A DNA stretch of 64,000 nt from Azolla caroliniana (GCA_043228905.1 JBHGNT010000004.1:12648001-12712000), one strand, 5' to 3'; counted from the first letter of the stretch, positions 23,566 through 36,021 are shown. Numbers and translations are program-made. The notes: a model not told the origin generated them from the letters alone.

Positions 23566-24564
23566 TGGACGCAATTAGAGAGACCTTTGGTGACGATGTT
23601 ATCACGTTAACGATGAGGCAAATCAACATTACCACATGACATTATTAGAGGAGAGTTCACGTTGCCCCCGATGTGAGTAGAAGCACTTTTCCAACCTGTA
23701 GTTTTTATTCATAGAATAAATAGCCAACCACAATATAGGATATCTCGTCAAGCTTTTGAGGCATCCTGATCCCTATATGCGTTCAGAGATTCTAGCTCTT
23801 GGTATAACACTATAGTGAATTAGTTACTTGCAAATGGCATAGACATTAATAACCTACCTCCCCTTAAGTACAACCATGTGACTGATAAAACTTTCATCTC
23901 TCATGAGGACTGTAATAAAGTAATACGCCAAGAAATATGGCAAATTTACACTCAATATAAATGGATCACCCCACGAGAGCCACTCCCATCTAAAATGTTG
24001 TACTATAAGGAACACTTGTTGCACTTCTCTCAGTTAGGTTTTATTACATGAACAAGATATCTAAATACATTCTTATCAAATGCACTAAGGGTGGCCATTG
24101 GACAACTTAAGATATCATCTTACCAACTTGAGATTGAGAATGGTCGGGCTAATAGAGTCCTTAGGGAGGAAAGGCTATGTAGGTTGTGCCACATAGAGAT
24201 AGAGGATGAGTATCACCTTACATGCAAGTGTCCAACTTATGCTGCGGTAAGGGCAAAATACCAAGACATACGCGAACCCTCTCCTACCCTCTCCAAACTA
24301 TTAGATACCCCAGATATAAAGAGACTAGGTAGGTATATCTTAGAGCTAAAACAACATAGAGAGAATAAGCTACAAAATGTTAACCATAACCATTCTAATA
24401 TTCACCAACATGTAACTAATTAAACATTTCAGGAACAAGGAGAGATGATGAACATGGACACACCTACACCACTGGGCCTCTCCCTTGTTGAAGCAGAAAA
24501 GCAAAGAACAACCAAACGCCCTCGGATGTTGGGCTTCAAAGCACCTCGATGTGGAGTACAAACA
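23566..24564 (+). mobile_element. LINE ORF2 3' part with C-terminal zinc finger
   Basis: LKISSYQLEIENGR..EERLCRLC..EDEYHLTCKCPTY in ORF 24091-24423. Confidence 0.82.
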
Positions 24565-27197
24565 TGTTGAGCGGGCAAGCTCAATAGGATCCAGATTGGG
24601 TGAATAAGCTAGAGCCGATTGGTATCCGGAACGGAGAACCGTATAGGTACCTAGATCGGTGTCCAGCTAGATCAGTATCCGGAAACTAGAGCCGGACCAG
24701 AGAACCGGATTGTACTCCGGAATAGTGAGAACCGGTAGGCCATTGGAGCCTACGATCCGAGCCTAGTAGGTAGGCATATTCCTTGGAGTTAGTGTCAGTC
24801 GCTCGTATGAGCATCGAAGTACATGCCAAAACTTCCGTCAGTCCTTTGACGAACTTGTATAAAAAGTGTTCTATAGGACATTTGTAAGTACAGAGTGTTA
24901 TATTTTTTGAATAGATTTATTGTTCTACTCTCTCTATCTCTCTTGTGTATTCTTTGTGTGTGCTTTGAAGCTTCCATTAAAAACCTATGCTTATTCTCTG
25001 TTGCTATCCAGTTGAGCCCGTTTGTCTACAACCATATGCTCGTCTACATCAGAGACGCAAAGTCGCCGAAGGAGGCCTGGGAAAATCTTTGGAAGATTTT
25101 CGTTGCCAGTACCACGGCTCGGAAGTTGCAGCTTCGACAAGAGCTCAACAGTTTCCGGCAACGGGACATGTCGGTTACGAACTACACCACCAAGTTCAAG
25201 GAGATCTGCGATGCACTTGGGTCCATCAACGTGATGGTGGACAAAGATGAGATGATCCAGATCTGCCGAGGTGGTCTAGCACAAAGGTACGGGCTAATCC
25301 GGACAACTATTTGCACCCGGGAGAAGCCACCATCCTTCTTCAACCTTCATCGATGCTTATGGTTGAAGAAAACCACGCGAGTGGGTCGAGGACCACTCAA
25401 CTGGACAACCGGATGCTGTACACAGAGCCGGATCGGCCTCGTGGGCATGGAGGACGAGGTGGGTCGGCACATAATAGCGGCAACCGGTAGGAGCAGAATC
25501 GGAGGCCCAGAGATAGTGCCGACAATAGTTCCAGACCCTCCACAAACAGGGGGAGTTAAAGCGGTGCTAGAAACCGACAATCAAAGGCTGAAACAAAATG
25601 TTGGTATTGTGGCAAGAAAGGCCACCAAGAGAGCGAGTGTTGGAAGAAGCACACCGATTCGGATAAATCCGGATCCGGATCCGGATCCGGATTGGAGGAA
25701 GTGTTGTACGTTGACTCCGGAGCATCAAACCACATGATGAGCCACGAAGAGTGGTTCTCATACTTGAAGAAACCGGAGTAATCCGGAGTTGTCGAAACTG
25801 GAGATGACACTCCTCAGCCGATCATGCATGTCAGAGAAGTTCCCTTGAGTCATGTCGGATAAAAGGGGAAGCTTATGAACGTGCTTCACGTCCCGATAAT
25901 CACAAAGAACTTGGTGTTGGTCGGGTAGATCGTCGACCAAGGGATGCAAGTGCGGTTTACGCACCTCGACTGCTTCATGGAGGAAGAGGGCCAGATAATT
26001 GCGCAAGGGTGCCGGGACGAGAGGATGTTTATCCTCGACACCACCTTGTTTGCCAAAGGACAGAAGGTCGAGTCGGATGTCAACCTGTGGCACAAGTGGA
26101 TCAACGACGTCAACTACCGGAGGCTTCAAGACCTGCAATCGAAACAAGTTTTTTTCGAATTGCCGAAATTGAGTGTCAAAAGGCCCACATATGTGAAACC
26201 AACCAACTTGGGAAGAATCACCAGCGTCAGTTCCCCACCGAAAGAAACCGGATCCATAACAAGTTTGATCTAATACATTTAGATGTATGGGGACCGACAC
26301 AGAACATTAGTATTGGCGGGAGTCGATATTTCATCTCCTTCATCGATGACTACAACCAACACAATTGGATCTATCTGATTGAGAGGAAAAGCAAAGTTTT
26401 CGAATGTTTCCGGAATCTATAGAGCTTAGTGGAACGGCGTCGTGAAGATTCCGGGCCATAGTGAGAAACCGGGGAATATCGGAAGAATCGGCGGAGTGCA
26501 CCACGTGCCTTATATAAACGTGTGAATAATAGGAGTTAAGTCGGGACAGAGGATCCCATGTAATAAGGGATTTATCCCACATTGTTACGCATCCCTCTCC
26601 TTGTTCTATAAAAGGAAGGGAGCGCCCTTTGTAAAAGGGTTGCCCATTTTGTGTTAGAGGGTATACCGTTAGATTTAGGGTTAGGTAGTTTCTTCTTCTT
26701 CTTCTTCTTCGTCGTGTGGGTTGAGAGTTCGTGTCTGTTTAGGGTTTGTTTCTGCCCGGTCTCCTGTGCAAGACCTCGCTTAGTGCGACGAGCCTGAGAG
26801 CTCCCCCGATTTGTGGCTTGGCAGCAGACTGTTGTTGTAACCTAACCTACCTTGGTCCGGTTCGAAGCCGGGGATGTATTCTTCCCCTTGTAATATACAT
26901 ACTCGTGTCTGTTTGTGAACATTGGTGTATTTGGTGGTGTCGGAAGCACAACCTCTTGCTTCCTGTGCATAAGAGTCGGTGTCGCGCGCACGCTCTCCCT
27001 CTCCTTTGTCTCTCTCTCTCTCTCTCTCTCTCGTGCGCGCGCGTGTTCGGTTGCATCCGGGTCGTGTCCAATGTCGGTTTTCTTGGCATCCCTCTTCTCC
27101 CTCGTTTGAGACCCCCGTTGTCCCGCCCCTTCTACACGCATGCACGTAATAACGCGACATATATGGTGAACCCGACGTGAAGGGCGGCAAGGGAGAA

Positions 27198-27830
27198 TGG
27201 AGCTGGAAGAAGACGACTTCGCGCAACGTTTTGTCGAAGCGGTGAGTGAGTTTGGACGAGCAAGAGCAAGACGAGAGATGGCGCAACAAGCAGTTGAGCG
27301 AGTGGTCGAAAGAGTCGGCCGTTTCAATGGGGACAAAGTCTTATTCTAGTTGGAAGCCTACAACGCAGAAATGGAGAAGCGAGATGTAGACGAGGCGTTG
27401 AGGCTGCAGTTCTTCTATTGGGTCGTCGTCGTCCGTATGCACGTGGAAGTGAAGGAGCTCCGAGAAGCTCATAGTTCGTGGGAGGCCTTCGAAGAGGCGC
27501 TCCTGCAGGCATATGGAGGACATCGGAAGAGCCGGGGACAACACGGCTCCAACTAGTGGGTGGCATCGGCAAAGACCCATCGGGGCGCAACGACGGCGTT
27601 CTGAGAGTTCGAGCGACGACTTGCTTGGCTCTTGGAGCGGGAACAAGGTTTGGTGGGGGTGGACAAAGTCCTGTTGTTCGTTAAGTCGATCGACTGAGCG
27701 GAACGGGAGGCCATCGAGATTGAGCTCGAAGATGAGGACGGAGCGAATGGCCTTACGGAGGACTGGTCGAAAATCGGAAGGGTATGCCAACGGCTAGATG
27801 ATGAGCGAGCCAAGAAGGCTAAGAGGAAGG
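27198..27830 (+). pseudogene. gag: G2 capsid-like gag remnant
   Basis: VGRFNG..LEAYNAEME..WEAFEEALLQAYG..LLFVKSID resembles the gag N-terminus of ORF 36842. Confidence 0.75.
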
Positions 27831-29951
27831 CGCACGATGGCATACTATCACAGTGGGAAGAGGACGAATGACAAAGAGAGTCGGAAAGGCTCGGCTTCGG
27901 GGCTAGGATTGCGGAGGCATACGCAACTCTCAAGGCAATGCTCGAGGAAGAGGAAAGATCGAGGCCTTAAGCTAACGCCGAGGAGGCGGACTTGCGCCAC
28001 AAGATGGCAGAAGATCAGTACGACGGTACCACGGGAGAGGGTGCGGAACAAAACACCCTCTCGACTTACGGAGATAGAACGGCCGAGGAGAAGGCCGAGA
28101 TACAGATTGTGGAATCGAAATGTTGGGACCAGTGGTTTCGAGCACGTCAGCCCGAGGCTCTGGACATTGGAGAAGCAAGCCCAGGCGGGGGTTGCGAGAT
28201 CGGTAACGAGACGACCACCGGCCACGAAGAGCCGGCTACGGACAAGGGCGAAAAATGGATGGGTGATTCTTCGCGTCTTCCCACACTTGCTCCCAAGACG
28301 ATGGCAGTCGGGGCCGAGTGCCCACGTGAGTCCCAAGAGGAGGAAGGCAGTAGCGTGAGACAGAGAATCACCGGCAAGACGATGCGAGGAAGGAGCGGAC
28401 AAAAGGCCTTGGAACCGATTCCGGAGAACTCGACATTCGGGCCCTTACGCCCACGTGAAACCGAGGAGATGGATGACGGTATCGAGGAGTCATGGCACGA
28501 TGCTAGCGAAGATGGATGGGAAACGGCCCGCGAGAAGGTCGACGAAGGGACCGAGAAACAACCCGACCGGGGACCGAACCGCGCGGCACTCCGATTCGGT
28601 TGGAACGCGATCTAGTTGTGGATTGTTCGACTAGGGCCAGAATCGGCATGAGGGTGCCGATACGGGAGAGGGTGCGGAACGAGCCGCCCTCTTTTACATG
28701 GGGAGAAAGACTGACCGGGTGAAGGTCGGGAACTGAAAGGAATGTGATCAAGGGTTCAGAACGAGTCCGACTGAATCGGCATCGGAGCCGAAACTCTGGA
28801 CATTGGAGAATCAAGCCCAGGTGGGGCTTGGTTGATCACAGAGCGGATGCTATCCACCGACACCACTAAAAGGGTCAGTGGGCTGGGATGAGTTGCCGGA
28901 GGACGTTACGAAATCGGTTACCCCACATCTTGACCGGAGACTTCGGCAGTTCCAGCCAACAAGGCAACGTGAGTCCAAAAGAGAAAGGAGATGGTAGGGA
29001 AGCGTAAGGAAGGGATCAACGGCGACGGGGAGAGAAATGGATGCGGAGAACGAAGACTGGTCCTATGGGTCACCTCACACCGGATCTAGAGATCTCGGCG
29101 GTCGGCATCGGATCTGACGTAAGACCAAGATACTGACGTGGCAACGTGAGCTCGAGTGTGAAGGATGGTGGTGGCAGGAAACGGGAACCGGCAATGTGGG
29201 AACTGCGGATGGGCGGTCTACAGAGATCCTCACACCGATCTGGCGGTTGGCCCGAGTGCCGACGTGAGTCCTATATGAGAGAACGGTGGCGGCAGGTGAA
29301 CGTGACCAGCAGAAGAGGCTGACACAGAGGTCCGGACGACGTAAAGCGGAAGGCTCCAAACCGGTGGCATTAGCGCAAGACGAAAGTGGCCAAGCGGGCT
29401 ACCATGGGGTGTTCCTCGGATATGGAGGACACTAGTATGTGGAGAGGCGGTGATGCACGATCTGGCCGGGCGAGGGCCGAAGACGCGTGCATAGGACAGA
29501 ATCGGGGTTCGGCACGGGCGGAGCCGAACACGGAAAGGGGAATGCGCGGCACACGGAGGTGCCAGAGGGGGAGTACAGGTGCGAAGGATGGCTACCGGTT
29601 CAGGTGATCTCGTGTAGATGGCTGGAGAGGGATCCTCCCCACCGGTTCCCGAGACCTTGGCAGTTCGAGCCGACGTGGCAATGTAAGACCAAGGAGAAGG
29701 AAGGTGGCGGCGAGGGGATGAAGGCGACGGACGACAAGGGTTGGCAACCAAGATGACGCGAAGATCGACGGAGTCTAAGCGGGCCATCACGGGTGCTCCT
29801 CGGACGGAGGATACCACATATTCGAAGGGACGAGAGTCGTGCATACGGTCGAAGGAAGGGCCAACGGAGAAACATGCTCACTACGGGATCGCGGTGAATG
29901 ACCTATCGACGGGTTGAATGAGCCTACAGGAGGCAAACACGGAGAAGGAAC

Positions 29952-30710
29952 TGACGGGAACTCAACGCTCCTTATGCACAAAGCTCGGCCACAACCGAGA
30001 TTCTTTTCATACACAGAAAACAGGAAACGAAAACACGACTCAAAGGAGAGGAAGGTACACAGGAGGTTTACGTGGAAAACCCAAGGAGGGAAAAAAAAAC
30101 CACGGCAGCCCACAGGCTGCAAACTGTCACTATGTGGGAATATACAACAATGAGTTCACTGAGGCAACGACCTCGTGCTCACAAATCTTCGCCACAGGCG
30201 GCGGTTACAACAGAGGCAACGACCTCTTTCTCTCTCTCTCTCTCTCTGTACACTATTACGTGCTCTCTCTTCTTCTTGCACCAACAAAGAAAAATGACAA
30301 CAACCATTACTAAAAGTTTGCCCTAAGTCATATTTATACTAATATGACTTTTCGGCTATTTACAAATGTAGCCTCGATAGGCTCTCAGAAACATATTTAC
30401 GAATATGTCTCTTCATCCGGTTCTCACCGAGTCTATACCATCCGGCTCTCCGTAGCCGGGTATTCCTCATCCGGTCTTCACCGGGTCTGTATCATCCGGC
30501 TCTCCGTAGCCGGGTACTCCTCATCCGGTTCATACCGGGCCTGCACCATCCGGCTCTCCGTAGCCGGGTACTCCTCATCCGGTTCATACCGGGCCTGCAC
30601 CATCCGGCTCTCCGTAGCCGGGTCCTCCTCATACGGTTTCAGCCTCGGCCGAGTTCGTTCATCGGCACTGTTCTTCTCCCTTCCCATCCGGAGGGACTTG
30701 TCTCCCAACA
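29952..30710 (-). mobile_element. Solo LTR of the Copia-C family, nested in G2
   Basis: TSD GGAAC at 29947-29951 and 30711-30715; close copy of 13436-14282 with fewer 54-bp repeats. Confidence 0.93.
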
Positions 30711-31426
30711 GGAACTAGAGTCGACGGTTTGGACCGGCGAGGCCAACGCTCAACTGGAATGCGGATTACGGAAGACCGGTTCCTCACCGGCCGGAATCTC
30801 TCACCCTTCTCTGAACTTGGCATGTACCGGTGGACGTGCGGTTTGGTGGGGGCATATGTCGTGAAGATTCCATGCCATAGTGAGAAACCGGGGAATATCG
30901 GAAGAATCGGCGGAGTGCACCACGTGCCTTGTATAAACGTGTGAATAATAGGAGTTAAGTCGGGACAAAGGATCCCATGTAATAAGGGATTTATCCCACA
31001 TTGTTACGCATCCCTCTCCTTGTTCTATAAAAGGAAGGGAGCGCCCTTTGTAAAAGGGTTGCCCATTTTGTGTTAGAGGGTATACCGTTAGATTTAGGGT
31101 TAGGTAGTTTCTTCTTCTTCTTCTTCTTCGTCGTGTGGGTTGAGAGTTCGTGTCTGTTTAGGGTTTGTTTCTGCCCGGTCTCCTGTGCAAGACCTCGCTT
31201 AGCGCGACGAGCCCGAGAGCTCCCCGATCTGTGGCTTGGCAGCAGACTGCTGTTGTAACCTAACCTACCTTGGTCTGCCTCAAAGCCGGGGATGTATTCT
31301 TCCCCTTGTAATATACATACTCGTGTCTGTTTGTGAACATTGGCGTATTTGGTGGTGTCGGAAGCACAACCTCTTGCTTCCTGTGCATAAGAGTTGGGGT
31401 CGCGCACACGATCTCCCTCTCCTTTG

Positions 31427-31495
<69 letters not shown>

Positions 31496-31774
31496 TTTGG
31501 TCGCATCTGGGTCGTGTCCGGTGTTGGTTTTCTTGGCATCCGTCTTCTCCCTTGTTCGAGACTCCCGTGGTCCCACCCCTTCTACACGCACGCGTGTAAT
31601 AACGCGACAACGGGAAACTAAAAGGAAGATCAAGTGCCTACGGTCGGATGGGGGAAAAGAATACTTTTCCGGCCAATTCAATAGTTATCTGCAGCAGAAG
31701 GAAATTTAGCTGCCGATACACCCCAAAACAAAACGGTGTGGCCGAAAGGAAGAATCGGTCGATTGTCGATGTGG

Positions 31775-33034
31775 TTTCGTGAACGATTTGCTTCACGATA
31801 TAAAAATGAACTGAAGTATTATATTTAGTAATATTTTAGAGACTAGAACTCATAACCTCACACACCAAGTGCATGTCCCAATGTCAGAGCATGTCCCAAT
31901 GTCAAGGTAACAATTGGAGATGTGTCGATGGATCAAAATTTCTTCGTGCATGATCGATCAACCTACCCCATCATCCTTGGTCAACCATACATCACCACAG
32001 TAAGGATGGAAACAAAGGTGATTGATGAAGGTTTGGCTTTCGTGAGGATCAAGAGTCAGGATGGAAGGAAGACAGTCCAATTCTTAACCGTGAGGCCTAA
32101 CCATGAAAGAAACAAAGAATGCTTAAAGGAACCTTTAGTTCGAAAATGGAATGAAGAGTTTTTCCAAGATTTTGGATGAACGTAAGTTTAGAGGGGGTGG
32201 GTGTCGTGAAGGATTTGCTTAACGATATAAAAATGAACTTAAATATTATATTCAGTAATATTTTAGAGACTAGAACCCATAACCTCACACACCAAGTGTG
32301 AAGTACACACCACTAGGTTAAGTTATTTGTTTTTAAGGTATTTTATCGTAAAGGATATAAAATAAACTTAAATATTGTGTTGAGTAACATTGAAAGATTT
32401 GAGTAACTACAAAGAATATACCACTAGACTAGGATATCTGTTTTTAGATTATATTTCCATGATTGTACTTATCCCATGCCTATTTTCATACATGAAAGCT
32501 CAAATGAGCGAGATGTCTATCATGCATCACTTGTAATGCATAAATGCCAAATGGCGAATGCATCACGTGCATGTCTTGTACCCTCACATGCATTATATGC
32601 ATGGGGTACCTATAAAAAGAGGGGAATCAAGTAAGGAAGGGGGCAAGAGAAAGTTAGAAAAATAATATGATCAAACAAACAAGTTAGCTCATTTGGGAAG
32701 AGGCTTGTGTTTCGAAGTTGGAGTCAAGGGTTCGAATCTAGAGTTTAATGAAGAAAAGTCGTATTATGTATTGACGTTGTACAATCGGTAAAATCTTGTA
32801 TTCTTAATATAAAGCTTGTTCTTATCATACCATTTCAATTCTTCAATCATACATTGTCTTTGTCTCTTATCTATGCTCTCCGTCTCTCGCACATTACTTC
32901 TAACTCTTGTTCTTCCTCTCCTTAATCTTTCTAACATTGTTGCACAACCCTTATAAAATATATAGCCAATTCCTTTTAACCTTAGTCCCTGTTGTGACTT
33001 CGTCGCACGAACCACAACTACCCTGAGAATGACA
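31775..33034 (+). mobile_element. G5: deleted Gypsy derivative (LTR stub, protease C-terminus, PPT, LTR)
   Basis: LTR stub 31775-31870; PR 31871-32179 (ILGQPYI..FLTVRPNHERN); PPT AGAGGGGGTGGG; LTR 32202-33034 related to the G3 LTR. No clean TSD. Confidence 0.78.
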
Positions 33035-33092
33035 TTGTCAATGCCGGAGGAGAAGAGCATGCCCAAGTTCTACTAGGCTGAGGCGGTCCGGA

Positions 33093-33749
33093 TGTCGTGA
33101 AGATTTTCGGCAATGGTGTGAAAATCACATAAAACTATAAAAGGATGGAGGTCTTGAAGAGCTTTAAGATGCACTTTACTACATAAGAAACGAACATCTA
33201 AGTGTTAACTTATGTGGGTATAAAGTTTTGCAAAAGAAAAGAAAAAACTGTGGAATATCCCACATAGATAGGAAAGTTAAGGCCTTGGCTATATAAGCAC
33301 ATTGAGATCCCTTATTTTTTCATTTGTGCTAAGAGCACTTTGGCCAGTTTGTTTAGATGCATGAATGTGGCGAAATTCCCAAAAACCGATTGGCAATAAA
33401 ATGGAACCAACCAGTAATGAAACCGGAATCGGCCAGAAATCAATTTGGATTCGGCTGATAAATTGGAAACCAAACCAGAACCGGCCGGTAAGCTATCCGG
33501 GACTGGTCGGTAAGCAATTCGGAATCGACTAGTAAGCAAACCGGAACCGGTCGGAAAGCAAACCAGAACCAGTCGGAAAGCAAACCGGAGCCGATTGGTA
33601 AGCAAACCGGAACCGGCCGGTCGGCGACAAAGGTGTCAATTGGCGGCGGAGCCGACGTCATCCAGTGATCGACGGTAACTGGCGGCATTCGGCGAACCGG
33701 CGGTATCCGATGACCGGATAGATATATAAATAAATAAATAAATATACGT

Positions 33750-33794
<45 letters not shown>

Positions 33795-34344
33795 GAAGGA
33801 GTGCAAGTGTGGATTTGAACCTTACACCTCCAAGTTGAGGAGTCTATAGGCTTACCACTAAGCCAATACATTTTCATAAAATAATATTTTTGTCATTATA
33901 GTTTTACATATAAATTCTCATACATGAGACTTTAAATGAGTGACGTGGTTATCATGCACCACATGTAATACATGAGCGCCAAATGGCAAACATGCATTTT
34001 ATGCATGTCTTGTACCCTCAAATGGATGAGGGCATCTATAAAAGAGGGGAGGAAAAAGATGAAAGGGGTAATGTAAAATTTTTGGATGATCAAATAAGAG
34101 ACTTGTAATCCAATTGATGATATATCTTGATTCTTAAACCTAAAAGTTAAAAGTTCAATCTTAACCTCTCTCTCCATTTCAATCTCCTTCAATCTAAAGT
34201 CAAGCGTTTAATCTCAATTTCTCTCTCTCTCAATCTATCTTAAATACTTTCTCGCTAAAACTAGTGTAAACTTAGAATCCTTCCGGTCCAGAACCCCGAT
34301 GGTTCCGCCTCACGATTCGCGCCTAGTGACGGATCTTCACGACA
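33093..34344 (+). mobile_element. Solo LTR of the G1 family
   Basis: TSD CCGGA at 33088-33092 and 34345-34349; 12-bp inverted termini TGTCGTGAAGAT; homologous to 8780-9724. Confidence 0.92.
33811..33865 (-). promoter_or_regulatory. tRNA-like A/B-box cassette in the solo LTR
   Basis: Minus strand TGGCTTAGTGGTAAGC (D-arm-like) ... GGTTCAAATCC, 44 nt apart. Confidence 0.7.
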
Positions 34345-36021
34345 CCGGAGGACCATGTACTTTCAAAACCGGATCGGGGGATAAGGTGTTAGCACACGAG
34401 CTGTATTTCAGGCAGAATCCGAATTTAAGGCACCTTAAGATATTCGGCATCATAGCCTATGTGCATGTGCCAAATGAGAAGCGGAGGAAGCTGGACTCGA
34501 AGTCGGAGAAGTGCATACTAGTCGACTACTCACATGAATAGAAGGGTTATAAGTGTTATAACCCCCAAACAATGTTGAGAAATCGTTTGGTCAAATCACA
34601 ATAAGCGAACTGTGCCGAAATACAAATCATAAATATGCTAGAAAATAGGACAACAATGGTGCATAGAGATTTAACGTAGAAACCCTAAAACGGGAGAAAA
34701 CCACGGGAAAAGAGCTTCACTATGTATAGTGGATATACAACACAGAATGTTACAACACTCCTTCAAGTGTATTAGCCACATAGGGCTCTTGGCGTTTGCT
34801 GTTACGCACACAGCTATGGTGTCGCTCTCACTCACTCTCTATCTCACACACTCATGTGCTACTTCTGTTCTACACACACATGCACACGTTTGCCCTAAAT
34901 GTATTTATACTAATACATTGTATTGGGCTATTTACACATGTAGCCCCTACTACATATTATCACTATTATTATCATTACAATAATAATAACCAACTTATTA
35001 GGAAAAACAGTCAACTCTGTTTTCGACTCTTCAACTATCGACTATTTCCGAAGAGTCGGTTCTTCCCTGTCTTTGACTGTCGGCTCCTCCTCCCACTCGA
35101 GGGACATATTTGTAAAAGAATACATTGTGTGGAAGCAATAGAAAACTGGAAACACAGAAACGCAGGTTTAATGGAGAGCTTGAATATATACAGTACACAG
35201 GAGAGACAAAGAGAGTGAGAGAGCAGAACATAAGACACTATTCAAAATAACTCTAAAACTCTGTAATACTCTGTACATCGTATGTGTTTAGCGAACACTT
35301 TTATACAAGTCCATATGGACTGACAGAAGTACGGTGTACTTCAATGCTCACACGAGCATCTCACATTGACTACAAGACCTTAACTACCTAGTAGTTTAGC
35401 TGCTACTTGGCTTCCGATTACTGCTTGATCTAGCTAACCGGCTCCCCAGCTCACCGGCTCAATTGCTCACCAGCTCACCGATCCGGCTCATCCTTATGGA
35501 TGCCGATCCAACTCATCCTTCCGGATGTCGATCTGGCTCAGGTTTATTCAGCTGATCCGGATCCGGTTGAGCTTGCTGCTCAACACTCCCCCTCAAGCTC
35601 AAGTTGAGGTCGGATCGTAGTGTTAGTCTCCATGGCAACCGATCCTTCCACCTGGCTCCTTCAGCCTTCACTCTGCCTTGCTCACGCTGTCGTGAAGTAC
35701 GAAAGCTTCACATTAAAAGTCTACAATAAGATAAATACGTAACTAAAATAACATTTGATAATGTTTTATAACAACACATATGATAATATTATATATATGT
35801 AAAGAAAAAATATATATATATATAGATAAATATATTATATTACACGAACAAGAGAGGACTTGAACCAATAAGCCCACCCTATGACTCTCAAATCTTACCA
35901 TTTACTCTACACTAATAATATTCATAAAATAAAGCATACTTTATATATACTTTATATTACATAAAGGATTTGCTTCATGATATAAAAATAAAGTTGCATG
36001 TTGTATTCAATAGTATTTTGA

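Larger units (their letters stand above)
26438..31609 (+). mobile_element. G2: non-autonomous (gag-only, LARD/TR-GAG-like) Gypsy with tRNA-Trp PBS
   Basis: LTRs 26438-27159 and 30857-31609. PBS TGGTGAACCCGACGTGAA 27164-27181. PPT about 30845-30854. 4-bp TSD ACGG. Gag-like region about 27198-27830; no PR, RT or IN seen. Confidence 0.9.
24565..34572 (+). mobile_element. Copia-B2: truncated Ty1/copia hosting G2, G5, a solo LTR and Copia-D1
   Basis: LTR starts TGTTGAGC at 24565 and is deleted into gag near 25000. Gag/PR/IN at 25030-26437; integrase pieces at 31614-31774, 33035-33092 and 34350-34572. Confidence 0.88.

Noticed and set aside
26670-26750. Telomeric repeat tract (TTTAGGG)
   Set aside because: Only isolated telo-box-like motifs within the G2 LTR; no array.
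26814-26870. A/B-box cassette in the G2 LTR (TGGCTTGGCAG..GGTTCGAAGCC)
   Set aside because: The B box is imperfect and not conserved in the 3' LTR (GGTCTGCCTCAAAGCC); too weak to call.
26780-27336. RE/ER-repeat ORFs (also 30991-31709 and 7755-7977)
   Set aside because: These are translations of (CT)n/(GA)n microsatellites in LTRs.
31770-33040. TSD for G5
   Set aside because: The flanks (TGTGG versus TTGTC) do not match; the boundaries are probably reshaped by small deletions.
33093-34344. DNA transposon or MITE (12-bp terminal inverted repeats plus TSD)
   Set aside because: It is homologous to the G1 5' LTR next to a PBS and has TG..CA termini, so it is a solo LTR.
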